From an uncultured bacterium (GTDB taxonomy: Bacteria > Babelota > Babeliae > Babelales > Vermiphilaceae), in contig OY969561.1 in NCBI GenBank assembly GCA_963701085.1, positions 384,001-448,000 on the forward strand: a DNA stretch of 64,000 nucleotides, in the 5' to 3' direction. The notes beneath the pieces are model-generated. The model saw only the letters and a list, made by a program, of their open reading frames with translations, searched no databases and had not been told where the DNA came from. A program made the translations under genes and the position numbers. This document shows, piece after piece, positions 1 to 10,700 of the stretch (position 1 is the stretch's first letter; every line of letters starts with the position of its first letter).

Positions 1-90
1 GAAAATAATAAAAAGATGAAGAAAATTATTAATAATCTTATGGCTCGTATTCAGAAGTTAGAAGCACATATTCCTTCGATACATTTTTGA
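1..90 (+). CDS. 3' end of a probable further fibre paralog (F0, partial), C-terminal coiled coil
   Basis: Frame 1 reads ENNKKMKKIINNLMARIQKLEAHIPSIHF*, resembling the C-termini of the array genes (F2 ends [16 protein letters not shown]). The stop codon lies inside the REP-like element. Only 29 codons are visible. Confidence 0.6.
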   Translation, partial: ENNKKMKKIINNLMARIQKLEAHIPSIHF

Positions 91-205
91 AGACAAAAAC
101 ACTCAGGATGAGCGGCGCTTCGATATGCCTGGCACTCTAGAATCCTAGGTTTCTTTGGTCATCCTGAGTGTTCTTCGAGCTTTGCGAAGAAGAATGTATC
201 GAAGG
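73..205. repeat. REP/MITE-like structured palindromic element, copy 1
   Basis: Terminal inverted repeat CCTTCGATACATT / AATGTATCGAAGG, inner stem AACACTCAGGATGA / TCATCCTGAGTGTT and two side hairpins. Homologous to 63614-63727. Lies between convergent genes. Confidence 0.85.
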
Positions 206-219
206 GCTGATAATGGATA

Positions 220-1251
220 TTATGTTAAAAGAGAAATAAGCGGAGCTTTATTACTGTGGAACTTAGTTCCACCGCAATAAAATCTGTTGCCGCACAGCAT
301 TGGCACAAAATAATGTCCCTTTTTTGTTGGTACAACGATTTTTTTAGTAATTTTGGTGAGGTAGTCATAAGAATATGGTTCAAGAGTAAAATCAATATTT
401 TTTGCGCAATCAACAAAATAAATTTTATTCTTATTAACTCGTGGCAACAAGGGCAAAATGGATTCATAAAGCCGTTGCTCGCCTTCTAATAATAAGTTGG
501 TCGGAACAGAAAAAGAAAAAAGAAGGTTTTTGCACCACACATCACCCTTTTTTATAATCTGATGATACGAAAACGGTGTTGTTGAACTCTCACTATCTAT
601 TTTTTGTGCATGTTCAAGAACAAATCCTTGCGTTGCTGAAAGCATTGTTAAAAAAATGATTGGTGTATTGCCAAAATTAGTAACTGATGTTGCATCGCTA
701 TGATGATAGGTACATTGCATAATGTGATAGCTCGCTCCATTGTTAGTTGTGCACCGCTCAATATAAAACAGTTGATCATCAATTTTTTGTGGATACAGAT
801 AATCACTCCCCTTGTGCCATGCTAATATTTCTAGCGTACCATCAACATGCAATTCAAATAGTGCAAAATTATCATTATAGTACGCGCTGCAGTAACATGT
901 CTGTTCATTAATCCATTGTAGACCATTAATGCCAAACAAAGGCTCATCAAAATCAATTGCTTTGGGTGAACGTTTTTCGAATGATTTTATGCGCAAGCGG
1001 CCATTATCAATAAAACTGAATCCTGCATTATTAGGTAATAATTGTAACCCTGCCGGGTTAAAAACCGACCATAACATTTGTTCTGTTTGATTGGTTTGTG
1101 TGTTCCATTCAAGTAATTCTATGTTTGTTGGAGAGTGCTGATGAATGTATAAAACCGTTGAACCATTGCCAAGAGATGCAACAGGATAACAATATTCAGT
1201 TGCAGGCCTTATTTGTGTATAAAAAAATAAAAAACAATAAAGCAATCGCAT
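220..1251 (-). CDS. Hypothetical exported protein, possibly a TolB-like beta-propeller
   Basis: 343-aa ORF with a hydrophobic N-terminus, AAGGA upstream of the ATG, and a beta-strand-rich sequence. The fold is a guess. Confidence 0.7.
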   Translation of the reverse strand: MRLLYCFLFFYTQIRPATEYCYPVASLGNGSTVLYIHQHSPTNIELLEWNTQTNQTEQMLWSVFNPAGLQLLPNNAGFSFIDNGRLRIKSFEKRSPKAIDFDEPLFGINGLQWINEQTCYCSAYYNDNFALFELHVDGTLEILAWHKGSDYLYPQKIDDQLFYIERCTTNNGASYHIMQCTYHHSDATSVTNFGNTPIIFLTMLSATQGFVLEHAQKIDSESSTTPFSYHQIIKKGDVWCKNLLFSFSVPTNLLLEGEQRLYESILPLLPRVNKNKIYFVDCAKNIDFTLEPYSYDYLTKITKKIVVPTKKGHYFVPMLCGNRFYCGGTKFHSNKAPLISLLT

Positions 1252-1309
1252 ACATATTCCTTTGCAATGATTAATTTAAAAGATATGCGCTTTGCACAAT
1301 AAACACAAC

Positions 1310-1342
1310 AAAAAGAGCTCCGCATCATTGCGGAGCTCTTTT
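1310..1342 (-). terminator. Intrinsic terminator after F1
   Basis: AAAAAGAGCTCCGCA-TCAT-TGCGGAGCTCTTTT, a perfect stem with A/T tracts about 20 bp after the F1 stop. Confidence 0.85.
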
Positions 1343-1361
1343 ATAGATGCTGTTTCTTATA

Positions 1362-3977
1362 TTATGAACGCGCTTCTAAGACTGCTACACGTGCAGCAAG
1401 TTTTTTAAGCTCATTCAATAATAATACTGGAAGTACTTGATATTGAACGGAGAATGGTTGACCATCTGCCTCGTAAACAACAATACCAGGCATTACTTGA
1501 TCAACTTCTTCAGCAACTAAACCATACTGTTTTGTTTCTGTTGCATCGTTATTATATACAAATGTTACAGGATTAAGTTGATAAATCATTTCTGAATCAG
1601 TAGCCATTGACTCAATGTCATGTTTGAATCTTCTAGAAGAGGTCTGTGTTCCGAGCTGTCCACTTGGGACAACTTGAACTGTAAGGTTGCCAACAAGACC
1701 TTGGTTTGCACCATAAATACCCTGGATGAAGCATGCTGTTTGTGATGTTCCAATTCGTATATGATCACTTTCAGCTCCGGTAGCTGGGCTCGCATTAATA
1801 TAAATATCATTGTTACCTGTGGTGAGTCCGGAAGCTGCACTGACACCAATCGCAATATTACCGCTTCCTGTTGTAGCGCCAAAAAGTGCACTATCACCAA
1901 CTGCTGTATTATTGAGACCTGTTGTATTACTGATCATAGTCTGATAACCAAGTGCTGTATTACCAAAACCTGTTGTGTTTGCGGCAAGTGATCCAAAACC
2001 AGCTGCTGTATTATTGGCACCTGCAGTGTTAGCTACAAGTGAATTGAAACCAAGTGCAGTATTGGATACACCTATTGTGTTTACGGCAAGTGCACTGGTA
2101 CCAAGTGCAGTATTAGATGTACCTACTGTGTTTGCGGCAAGTGCACTGGTACCAACTGCAGTATTACCATCGACTGTGTTTGCGGCAAGTGCACTGGCAC
2201 CAACTGCAGTATTATTAACACCTACTGAGTTTAGTACAAGTGCATTGAAACCAACTGCAGTATTAGCATCGCCTGTTGTGTTTAATGAAAGTGCTTGGAA
2301 ACCTACAGCCGTGTTTGTAGAGCCTATTGTGTTTAATTCAAGTGCATTGAAACCAACTGCAGTATTACTACCACCTGTTGTATTACTTACTAATGCCTGA
2401 TAACCAACTGCAGTATTGTTACCTGCTTGATCATTTGCTAATGCATGATAACCAAACGCACTATCATTACTTACTGCTGCACTATTGAGCATTGCACCAA
2501 CTCCAACAGCAGTGTTGAAAGTACCTGTTGCGTTTGATAGAAGAGCATTAGAACCAACCGCAGTATTATTAATACCGATTGTGTTCGATAGTAGCGAGTG
2601 GTATCCAATTGCAGTATTATCGGTACCTGTTGTATTTAGGGCAAGAGCAGAACAACCAACCGCCACATTATCAAACCCTGTTGTATTGTTCTGAAGAGAT
2701 ACCGCACCAACGGCAGTATTACAATTAGCTATGTTTAATAGAAGAGCATTAGAACCAACTGCAGTATTATTAATACCGGTTGTATTTGATACTAGCGCGT
2801 GGTATCCAATTGCAGTATTCTCGCTACCTGTTATATTTGCATTAAGGGTTCCACAGCCAACCGCCACATTATGTATCCCTGTTGTATTGCTTGCAAGAGA
2901 TATTGCACCAATCGCAACATTACAACTACCTATTGTGTTTGCAGTAAGTGCTTGTTGACCAACGGCAGTATTATTGATACCTGTTGTGTTTGCATCAAGT
3001 GCTTGCTGACCAACGGCAGTATTATTCATACCTATTGTATTTGCACTAAGTGCATCAACACCGACAGCAGTATTATTGATACCTGCTGTGTTTGCACCAA
3101 GTGCATCAACACCAAAACCACTATTAGAAGTACCAGTCATGGTAAAATTACCAGCATTATCACCAACAAATGTATTCTCTCCTAAAACGCCTGGATAGTT
3201 ATGGATGAAAGGAATACCATTTTTAATGATGTTGCCAATTGCTGGGCTGATTGAATCATTCATAGAAATATTACAACCAACAGTTAAATCACATCCAATT
3301 ATTTCGTCACCTACTGACAACGTTCCATCAATCTCAACATTTTTATGGAAATGTACATTGCCATGAAAACTCACAAAATGCTCAAATTTTACTTTATCAT
3401 CAAATTTTACTTCATCTTTGAAAGTTACATCTTCGTAAAATTTAGTTCTTCCATGTACATTCATTCTTTCATTGACAACTAACAATCTCAAGCCAGAACG
3501 TGTTGTATCAACTTCTGTTGCGTTAACTTGATCTCTAGCAAATGATAATAGTTCAGCATCAAGGCTTAATTTATCCTCAACAACTTGTTCAATAATGTTG
3601 TTTAAAGATCTAGAAAGGTCTGCAGCTTTATCAGCATCAAGATTAGCAGCATGTTTTTTGAGGGTCATTTCCGCTTGTTCAAGAGCTTGTGCAACTGCAT
3701 CATAGTTACCTATTACAAATCCTTTTTCGATATGATTTGCTAATCCCCACACGGCAGAATCTTGGTTGTCTTCAAGTTTGCTTATTTCTGCTATAACATC
3801 TGCAATGTTACTCACTTCTCTGCCAACATAGACATAAGAGCGTTTTGGGTTATTAAAAATTTCTTGTAATTCAACTTCTGATAAATAAATTTGTGCTTCT
3901 TTTGGTTCGTTTGCGATCAGAGGCAGAGCGATTAGAAAAGTAAGGCAGAGCGCCTTTAAAGATAGTTGTTGCTTCAT
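1362..3977 (-). CDS. F1: exported tail-fibre-like protein with 17-aa NTAVG repeats and a C-terminal peptidase-S74-like chaperone
   Basis: Signal peptide MKQQLSLKALCLTFLIALPLIA, shared helical N-domain, hexapeptide-like F-x-x-x-V-x repeats, 17-aa repeats, then TSSRRFKHDI...YGLVAEEV and a coiled coil. ATG at 3977 follows AAAAGGA; the track starts at TTG 3980. Confidence 0.88.
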   Translation of the reverse strand: MKQQLSLKALCLTFLIALPLIANEPKEAQIYLSEVELQEIFNNPKRSYVYVGREVSNIADVIAEISKLEDNQDSAVWGLANHIEKGFVIGNYDAVAQALEQAEMTLKKHAANLDADKAADLSRSLNNIIEQVVEDKLSLDAELLSFARDQVNATEVDTTRSGLRLLVVNERMNVHGRTKFYEDVTFKDEVKFDDKVKFEHFVSFHGNVHFHKNVEIDGTLSVGDEIIGCDLTVGCNISMNDSISPAIGNIIKNGIPFIHNYPGVLGENTFVGDNAGNFTMTGTSNSGFGVDALGANTAGINNTAVGVDALSANTIGMNNTAVGQQALDANTTGINNTAVGQQALTANTIGSCNVAIGAISLASNTTGIHNVAVGCGTLNANITGSENTAIGYHALVSNTTGINNTAVGSNALLLNIANCNTAVGAVSLQNNTTGFDNVAVGCSALALNTTGTDNTAIGYHSLLSNTIGINNTAVGSNALLSNATGTFNTAVGVGAMLNSAAVSNDSAFGYHALANDQAGNNTAVGYQALVSNTTGGSNTAVGFNALELNTIGSTNTAVGFQALSLNTTGDANTAVGFNALVLNSVGVNNTAVGASALAANTVDGNTAVGTSALAANTVGTSNTALGTSALAVNTIGVSNTALGFNSLVANTAGANNTAAGFGSLAANTTGFGNTALGYQTMISNTTGLNNTAVGDSALFGATTGSGNIAIGVSAASGLTTGNNDIYINASPATGAESDHIRIGTSQTACFIQGIYGANQGLVGNLTVQVVPSGQLGTQTSSRRFKHDIESMATDSEMIYQLNPVTFVYNNDATETKQYGLVAEEVDQVMPGIVVYEADGQPFSVQYQVLPVLLLNELKKLAARVAVLEARS

Positions 3978-4140
3978 CAATCATCCTTTTAGTTAAAAAT
4001 AAAATATACTCTCAATATAAATTCATACTTTTTTGATAATTTGATTTTGATAACCCCTTCCCTGTGTTTGAAAATAAAACATACTTAATAACCATTGATA
4101 TCTTTCTTAACATTTTGAGTCATTAAAATCAAATCTATTC

Positions 4141-7100
4141 TTACGCTCTTACCTCCAGAGCCTGAATACGCTCCATAAGATTTTGTATTATTGCATCGCG
4201 CTGAGCATTATCATTTTTAAGGTCTTCAATAGTTACTTGTTGTTTTTTCATTTCATTTAATAATAATACCGGCAGAACATGATACAGAACCGTTTCTACT
4301 TCACCATCTTTATTTCTTGCTACAATTCCAGGGAATAGTTCATCAACTTCTTCTGCAATTAAACCATACTGTTTTGTTTCTGTTGCATCGCTATTATACA
4401 CAAATGTTACCGGACGCAAATCAAGAATGCGTGCTGATTCATCATTCATATCTTCAATGGCATGTTTTACTTTTCTCGTTGAAGCAGCAACACCAAGTTG
4501 ACCTGTGGCGCTAACAAGGACTCCGGCACCAGTAACGGTAACACCGGTAATATTAGCAATTCGCGTAAAACCAGTTTCACCTGCGGTAGCAGCGCTAAGA
4601 CCAATATAAATATTGTTGCTTCCTGTTGTAACCGTGCCACCTGCACCTGTGCCAATCGCAATATTACTACCGCCGGTTGTAACATTTAGAAGTGCATCTA
4701 CACCAACTGCAACATTGTTATTACCGAATGTGTTTGCAGCAAGAGCAAAGCTACCAACTGCAGTATTATCAGTACCTGTTGTGTTGAGAGTTAATGCATT
4801 ATAACCAATGGCGGTATGGTTACTTACTGAGGTGGTTGTATTGCTTACAGCAAGAGCGTTATAACCAATTGCGGTGTTATGAGTTCCAATAGTATTTGCT
4901 TTAAGAGCTTGATAACCAAGTGCAACGTTATTTGTTCCGGTTGTGTTTGCAGCTAATGCACTTGAACCGACAGCGGTATTAAAGCTTGTTCCCGTTGCAT
5001 TAGCAGCAAGAGCGTTATAACCGATTGCAGTATTATCAGTACCTGTTGTGTTTGCATTTAATGCATTGTAGCCAAGTGCTGTATTATTAATCCCTATTGT
5101 ATTGTGACTCAGAGCAGCACTACCAACTGCAGTATTATCGATACCTGTTGTGTTTGCATTTAATGCAAACCACCCAACAGCAGTACTATCAGTACCCACT
5201 GTGTTTGTAGCAAGTGCACCAGCACCAACTGCAGTATTATCAATACCGGTTGTGTTTGCCTGAAGTGCAGTTGAACCAACGGCAGTATTTGCATTCACTG
5301 TGTTAACTCCTAATGCATTATAACCAAGTGCAGTATTATTTATACCTGTTGCATTTGTAGTCAATGCACTATATCCAACACCAGTATTAAATATTCCAGT
5401 TGTGTTTGCAGCTAATGCACTTGAACCAACAGCGGTACTGCCACTCGTTCCTGTTGCGTTAGCAGCAAGAGCGTTATAACCAATTGCGGTATTATCAGTA
5501 CCTGTTGTACTCACAAGTAATGCATCATAACCAAGTGCGGTGTTGTGAATGCCAACGGTATTTGCAGCAAGTGCACTTTTACCAACAGCGGTATTATTTG
5601 TTCCGGTTGTGTTTGCCGCTAATGCACTTGAACCTACAGCGGTATTAAAGCTTGTTCCGGTTGCATTTGCAGCGAGTGCGTTATAACCAATTGCCGTATT
5701 ATCAGTGCCTGTTGTGCTCACCAGTAATGCATCATAACCAAGTGCGGTGTTATGAGTTCCAACAGTATTTGCAGCCAATGCACTATACCCAACAGCAACA
5801 TTATTATCTGCTGTATTACTAGCGAGAGATCCATATCCAACGCCAATATTATTGTTGCCAGCATTACCTGCTGATGCTCCGACTATAACATTAAAGTTTC
5901 CAATGTTACCTCCACCAGATGTTGAATCAGCACCAACAGACACATTACTACTTCCAGTAATACAGTTAATCAATGCACCAGATCCCAATGCTGTATTAAA
6001 AACACCTGTGGTATTATTTTGCATAGCAAACTCACCAACTGCAGTATTATCATTACCCGTAGTATTAGCAAGCAAAGCAGATCCACCAACAGCCACATTG
6101 TCAAATCCAACAGTATTAACATTTAAGGCAAAATTACCAACTCCTGTATTATCAGTACCTGTTGTATTTGTGGTAAGAACTTGATTGCCAACTGCTGTAT
6201 TACGGTTACCTGTTGTATTTACTTGTAACGCTTGATAACCAACAGCTGTATTAATGCCACCACTTACATCCTTTTGTAGAGCTTGATAGCCAATAGCAAC
6301 TTCAAAGTTTCCCCCAGTAGCATTCATCATTGCCTGATAACCAATTGCTATATTACTACCAAGGGTATCATTTTGCAGAGCTTGATAACCAATAGCAATA
6401 TCATTGGATACACCCGTAGTATTAACCATTGCCTGATACCCAATAGCTGTATTATCAGTACCGGTTGTGTTTGCAGCTAATGCACTTGAACCAACAGCTG
6501 TATTACCAGTACCGGTTACGTTTACAGCAAGTGCATTGTAACCGATTGCGGTATTATCAGTACCGGTTGTGTTGACCGCTAATACATTGTAGCCAACAGC
6601 AGTATTATCAACACCCGTTGTATTTGCAGCTAATGCTTTACTGCCCACAGCGGTATTAAAATTAGCACCTGCTGCATTCGCAGTTAATGCATGATACCCA
6701 ATTCCCGTGTTATCGGTACCCGTTGTCGTAAAGTTGCCGGCATTGATACCAACAAATGTATTGTCTGTTCCAAAATCATGAATAAATCTGTTTGAACCTT
6801 TTAGGATATTACCTGCAGTTGATGTACTTGGTTCAGTGCTTAGGATAAGATTTCCGCTATGAACGCCATCAGTCATACTGATAATTGAGGCAGCAAAGTT
6901 ACCTGATGAATCACGTTTTACCAATGTACTTGCCGTATTTAAGTTAGTTGCAGCATCAACAGTACCTGTTGCAGCCGCAACGTCAGCGGCAGTTTTACCA
7001 CCAACAAAACTAACAACTGTTGCACTTTGCGTACCGGTCACATCACCAGAAAGAGATCCACTAAAATTGGTTGCCGTTGTAGCAGTCGTTGCGTTACCGC

Positions 7101-7746
7101 TTAAGGCTGCAGTTATAGTGCCGGCAGCAAAATTGCCTGATCCATCACGAACAACAATATCACCTGCAATGTTGGAGCTGGAAATAGTTGCTAAATTTGC
7201 ATTAGCAATTGTCGCATTTGCTATGCTTGCTCCCGTAATTGTTGCTGCTGTTATATCAGCATTAACGATTAATGAACTTGATAATAATCCTGCTACGCTA
7301 TTGTGAACTACGCCTGCGGTACTGAATGCATCAATGGTAACACCAGAAGAACTGATATTCATACGCTCAACACCACTTGTATCGAACGATAATGTATTTG
7401 CAGTTGCAGCTGAAATACCAGTGTTAGTACTTCCGGTAAACTGAATTGATGGAGCAGCAGCAGTACCCGCTGGATGAGTTAATGTTCCGCTCATAGTATC
7501 ACCAGCCTTGAGAACGTTTAATGAAGCACTTCCGGTTACGTTACCAGTGACATTGCCAGTTAAGTTTGCAGTGATTGTGCCAGCAGAGAAATTACCTGAT
7601 GCATCACGTTTTACAATAGTACTTGCAGTGTTTGCATTTGTTGCAGCATTGGCAAGTACCGTAGCCGCAGCAACATTAGCTGCAGTTTGACCACCAACAG
7701 TACTGACAACTGTTGCTCCTTGTGTTCCCGTAACATCACCAACCAA
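4141..7746 (-). CDS. F2 C-terminal part (reconstructed gene 4141-13786, ~3,200 aa): fibre repeats, 17-aa repeats, S74-like domain
   Basis: Contains [13 protein letters not shown]...YGLIAEEV. Continues 7611-13556 across a 1-nt deletion near 7755 (ccaggaaatt versus paralogous ccagagaaatt, NFSGSL). Confidence 0.85.
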   Translation of the reverse strand: MVGDVTGTQGATVVSTVGGQTAANVAAATVLANAATNANTASTIVKRDASGNFSAGTITANLTGNVTGNVTGSASLNVLKAGDTMSGTLTHPAGTAAAPSIQFTGSTNTGISAATANTLSFDTSGVERMNISSSGVTIDAFSTAGVVHNSVAGLLSSSLIVNADITAATITGASIANATIANANLATISSSNIAGDIVVRDGSGNFAAGTITAALSGNATTATTATNFSGSLSGDVTGTQSATVVSFVGGKTAADVAAATGTVDAATNLNTASTLVKRDSSGNFAASIISMTDGVHSGNLILSTEPSTSTAGNILKGSNRFIHDFGTDNTFVGINAGNFTTTGTDNTGIGYHALTANAAGANFNTAVGSKALAANTTGVDNTAVGYNVLAVNTTGTDNTAIGYNALAVNVTGTGNTAVGSSALAANTTGTDNTAIGYQAMVNTTGVSNDIAIGYQALQNDTLGSNIAIGYQAMMNATGGNFEVAIGYQALQKDVSGGINTAVGYQALQVNTTGNRNTAVGNQVLTTNTTGTDNTGVGNFALNVNTVGFDNVAVGGSALLANTTGNDNTAVGEFAMQNNTTGVFNTALGSGALINCITGSSNVSVGADSTSGGGNIGNFNVIVGASAGNAGNNNIGVGYGSLASNTADNNVAVGYSALAANTVGTHNTALGYDALLVSTTGTDNTAIGYNALAANATGTSFNTAVGSSALAANTTGTNNTAVGKSALAANTVGIHNTALGYDALLVSTTGTDNTAIGYNALAANATGTSGSTAVGSSALAANTTGIFNTGVGYSALTTNATGINNTALGYNALGVNTVNANTAVGSTALQANTTGIDNTAVGAGALATNTVGTDSTAVGWFALNANTTGIDNTAVGSAALSHNTIGINNTALGYNALNANTTGTDNTAIGYNALAANATGTSFNTAVGSSALAANTTGTNNVALGYQALKANTIGTHNTAIGYNALAVSNTTTSVSNHTAIGYNALTLNTTGTDNTAVGSFALAANTFGNNNVAVGVDALLNVTTGGSNIAIGTGAGGTVTTGSNNIYIGLSAATAGETGFTRIANITGVTVTGAGVLVSATGQLGVAASTRKVKHAIEDMNDESARILDLRPVTFVYNSDATETKQYGLIAEEVDELFPGIVARNKDGEVETVLYHVLPVLLLNEMKKQQVTIEDLKNDNAQRDAIIQNLMERIQALEVRA

Positions 7747-10700
7747 TGATCCAGGAAATTAGTTGCAGTTGTTGCATTACCACTCAATGCCGCTGTAATA
7801 GTGCCAGCAGAGAAATTACCTGATCCATCACGAACAACAATATCACCAGCAATATTTGAACTTGAAATGGTTGCTAAGTTTGCATTAGCAATTGTTGCGT
7901 TTGCTATGCTTGCGCCGGTAATTGTTGCTGCTGTTATATCAGCATTAACAATTAATGAACTTGATAAATTTCCTGATGCATCATTATGGACAACACCAGC
8001 AGCAGTAAATGCATCGATAGAAATAGCACCACCAGAAGCAATTTTCATGCGTTCCAAGGCATTGGTACTGAATGACAATGCACCAGTATTAGTTGATAAT
8101 CCAGCAGTTGTACTACCAGTAAAGGTGAGTGATGGTGCTGCGGTTGTTCCTGCTGGTAGCTGTAAGGTTCCCGTCATGATATCACCAGCTTTAAGTACGT
8201 TGAGCGATGCGCTTCCTGTAACATTACCAATAAGAGCAGCACTTATTGTACCCGCAGAGAAGTTACCGGATGAGTCGCGTTTTACAAGGGTACTTACGGT
8301 ATTAAGATTGGTTGCAGCATCAACAGTTGCCGTTGCAGCAGCAACATCGGTAGCAGTTTTTCCACCAACCAAACTAACAACGGTCGCGCTTTGTGTGCCA
8401 GTGACATCGCCAACCAATGATCCAGAGAAATTGGTAGCGTTTGTGGCAGTTGTTGCTGTTGTTGCGTTACCGCTTAAATTTGCCGTAATTGTACCTGCAG
8501 AAAAATTACCTGATCCATCACGAACGACAATATAATTTGCATTATTAGCGCTTGAAACAGTTGCTAAACTTCCATTGGTTATTGTACCAGCGGTGATATC
8601 AGCATTCACAATTAATGAACTTGATAGTAATCCTGCTGCGCTATTGTGAACCACGCCAGCGGTACTAAATGCATCAATGGTAACACCTGAAGAACTAACA
8701 TTCATAATTTCGATGCCGTTAGCATCGAATGAAAGTGTATTTGCAGTTGCGGCAGAAATACCAGTATTGGTACTTCCGGTAAATTGCAGTGATGGAGTAG
8801 CGGCGCTTTCTGCCGGGAGTACCAGAATTCCCGTCATAGTGCCACCGGCTAGAGGAAGATCAAGCGATGCGCCACCAGTAACGGTACCAGTTAAGTTTGC
8901 AGTGATAGTACCTGCAGAGAAGTTGCCTGATCCATCACGCTTAACTATGGTACTGACGGTATTAGCACTTGTTGCAGCATTGGCAAGCACGGTAGCAGCA
9001 GCAACATTACTTGCAGACTGTCCACCAACCAAACTAACAACGGTGGCCCCTTGCGTTCCGATGACATCACCAGAAAGAGATCCACTAAAATTGGTTGCCG
9101 TTGTAGCAGTCGTTGCATTACCACTTAAAGCTGCAGTAATGGTGCCAGCAGAGAAATTACCTGATCCATCACGGGCAACAATGGTGCTTGCAGTATTAGC
9201 ATCTGTTGCATTTGTTGAGAGCGATACATCATTTGTATCATTGGTAATAATTGTATAGGCATCACCTTCAAGAAGTGTTTTAAAATTAAGCGTTACACCT
9301 GTTTTTCCTTGATAAATAAGCCCCGTTCCTGTGCCAACATTTGCTCCCGTCGTTGTACTTGGCAAACTAAATTCTGCAAATGTTATAGTATTTGTACCAA
9401 TAATTGCCGCTGGCGTATTACATAACCAGCTTGATCCAGCATTTACAGAACCTGAAGTTATGAGAACATATGCCTCACCTGCTGGTGTACCAAGAGCCCA
9501 GTCCGTAGGGTATGTCCACGCACCAGTGGTGTTAGCAAGCCAAATGCCATTGTATATTTGATTTGTTTGACCAACAAGAAGAACACGATCACCTGTAGAA
9601 ACTACTACACTATCAATAGTTTGAGCTCCTGATGGTGGTGAGCCAATATCAGAAGTGGCAACAACGACTGCAGGAGTTTTCGCCACAAGTCCAGTGGATA
9701 CCGCTGCATCAACATAAGCTTTTGTTGCAGCATCAGTTGCATTAGTAACGGTGCCGGTAATGGTAATTTCATTCGCTGAAAAATTACCACTATTATTAAG
9801 CACTACAATAGATCCTGTTTGACCAGTACTTGAAATGGTTGCTAATTTTGCATTGCTTATTGTTGCGTTTGTAATATCACTATTAACAATTAATGAACTT
9901 GATATAAGACCTGAACTATTATTATGAAGAACACCAGCGGTACCAAATGGTGTAATGGTGAATGAATTACTAATTACTTCATCAGTAACACTTATTAAGC
10001 CAGCAGAAAAACCACCAGATGCAGTGCGTTTAACAATTGTACTGGCTGTATTAGCACTTGTTGCAGCATTAGCAAGTACGGTTGCAGCAGCAACAGCAGA
10101 TGCTGTTTGTCCACCAACAAGGCTGACAACTGTTGCTCCTTGAGTTCCGGTGACATCGCCAACTAATGATCCATTAAAATTGGTTGCCGTTGTAGCGGTT
10201 GTTGCATTACCACTTAAAGTCGCGGTGATGGTGCCAGCAGAAAAATTACCTGATCCATCACGTGCAACAATTGCATTTATTGTATTAGCACTTGTTGCGG
10301 TTGTTGCAGAATTTAATACTTTACCAGCGGTGCTAATTGGATTAAGTTTATTATCGGTGATTGCAGCAGATGCACTAATATCAGCATTAACAATTAATGA
10401 ACTTAATAAATTGCCTGATGTATCATTATGTACAATACCTGCAGTACCCGCTAAACCATCAATAGAAACAACACCAGCGGCACTTATTTTCATAGCTTCT
10501 GCTGCATTAGTGCTGAATGACAGTGCGCCAGCATTGGCGGATAATCCGGTCGTTGTACTTCCCGTAAACACGAGTGAAGGTAATGCAGTTGTGCCTGCTG
10601 GAAGTTGTAATGTTCCGGTCATAGTATCGCCAGCTTTTGCAACTTTGCTATTGATCTGTGTTTGCACTGCAGATGTTACACCTGATAAATAACTGAGCTC

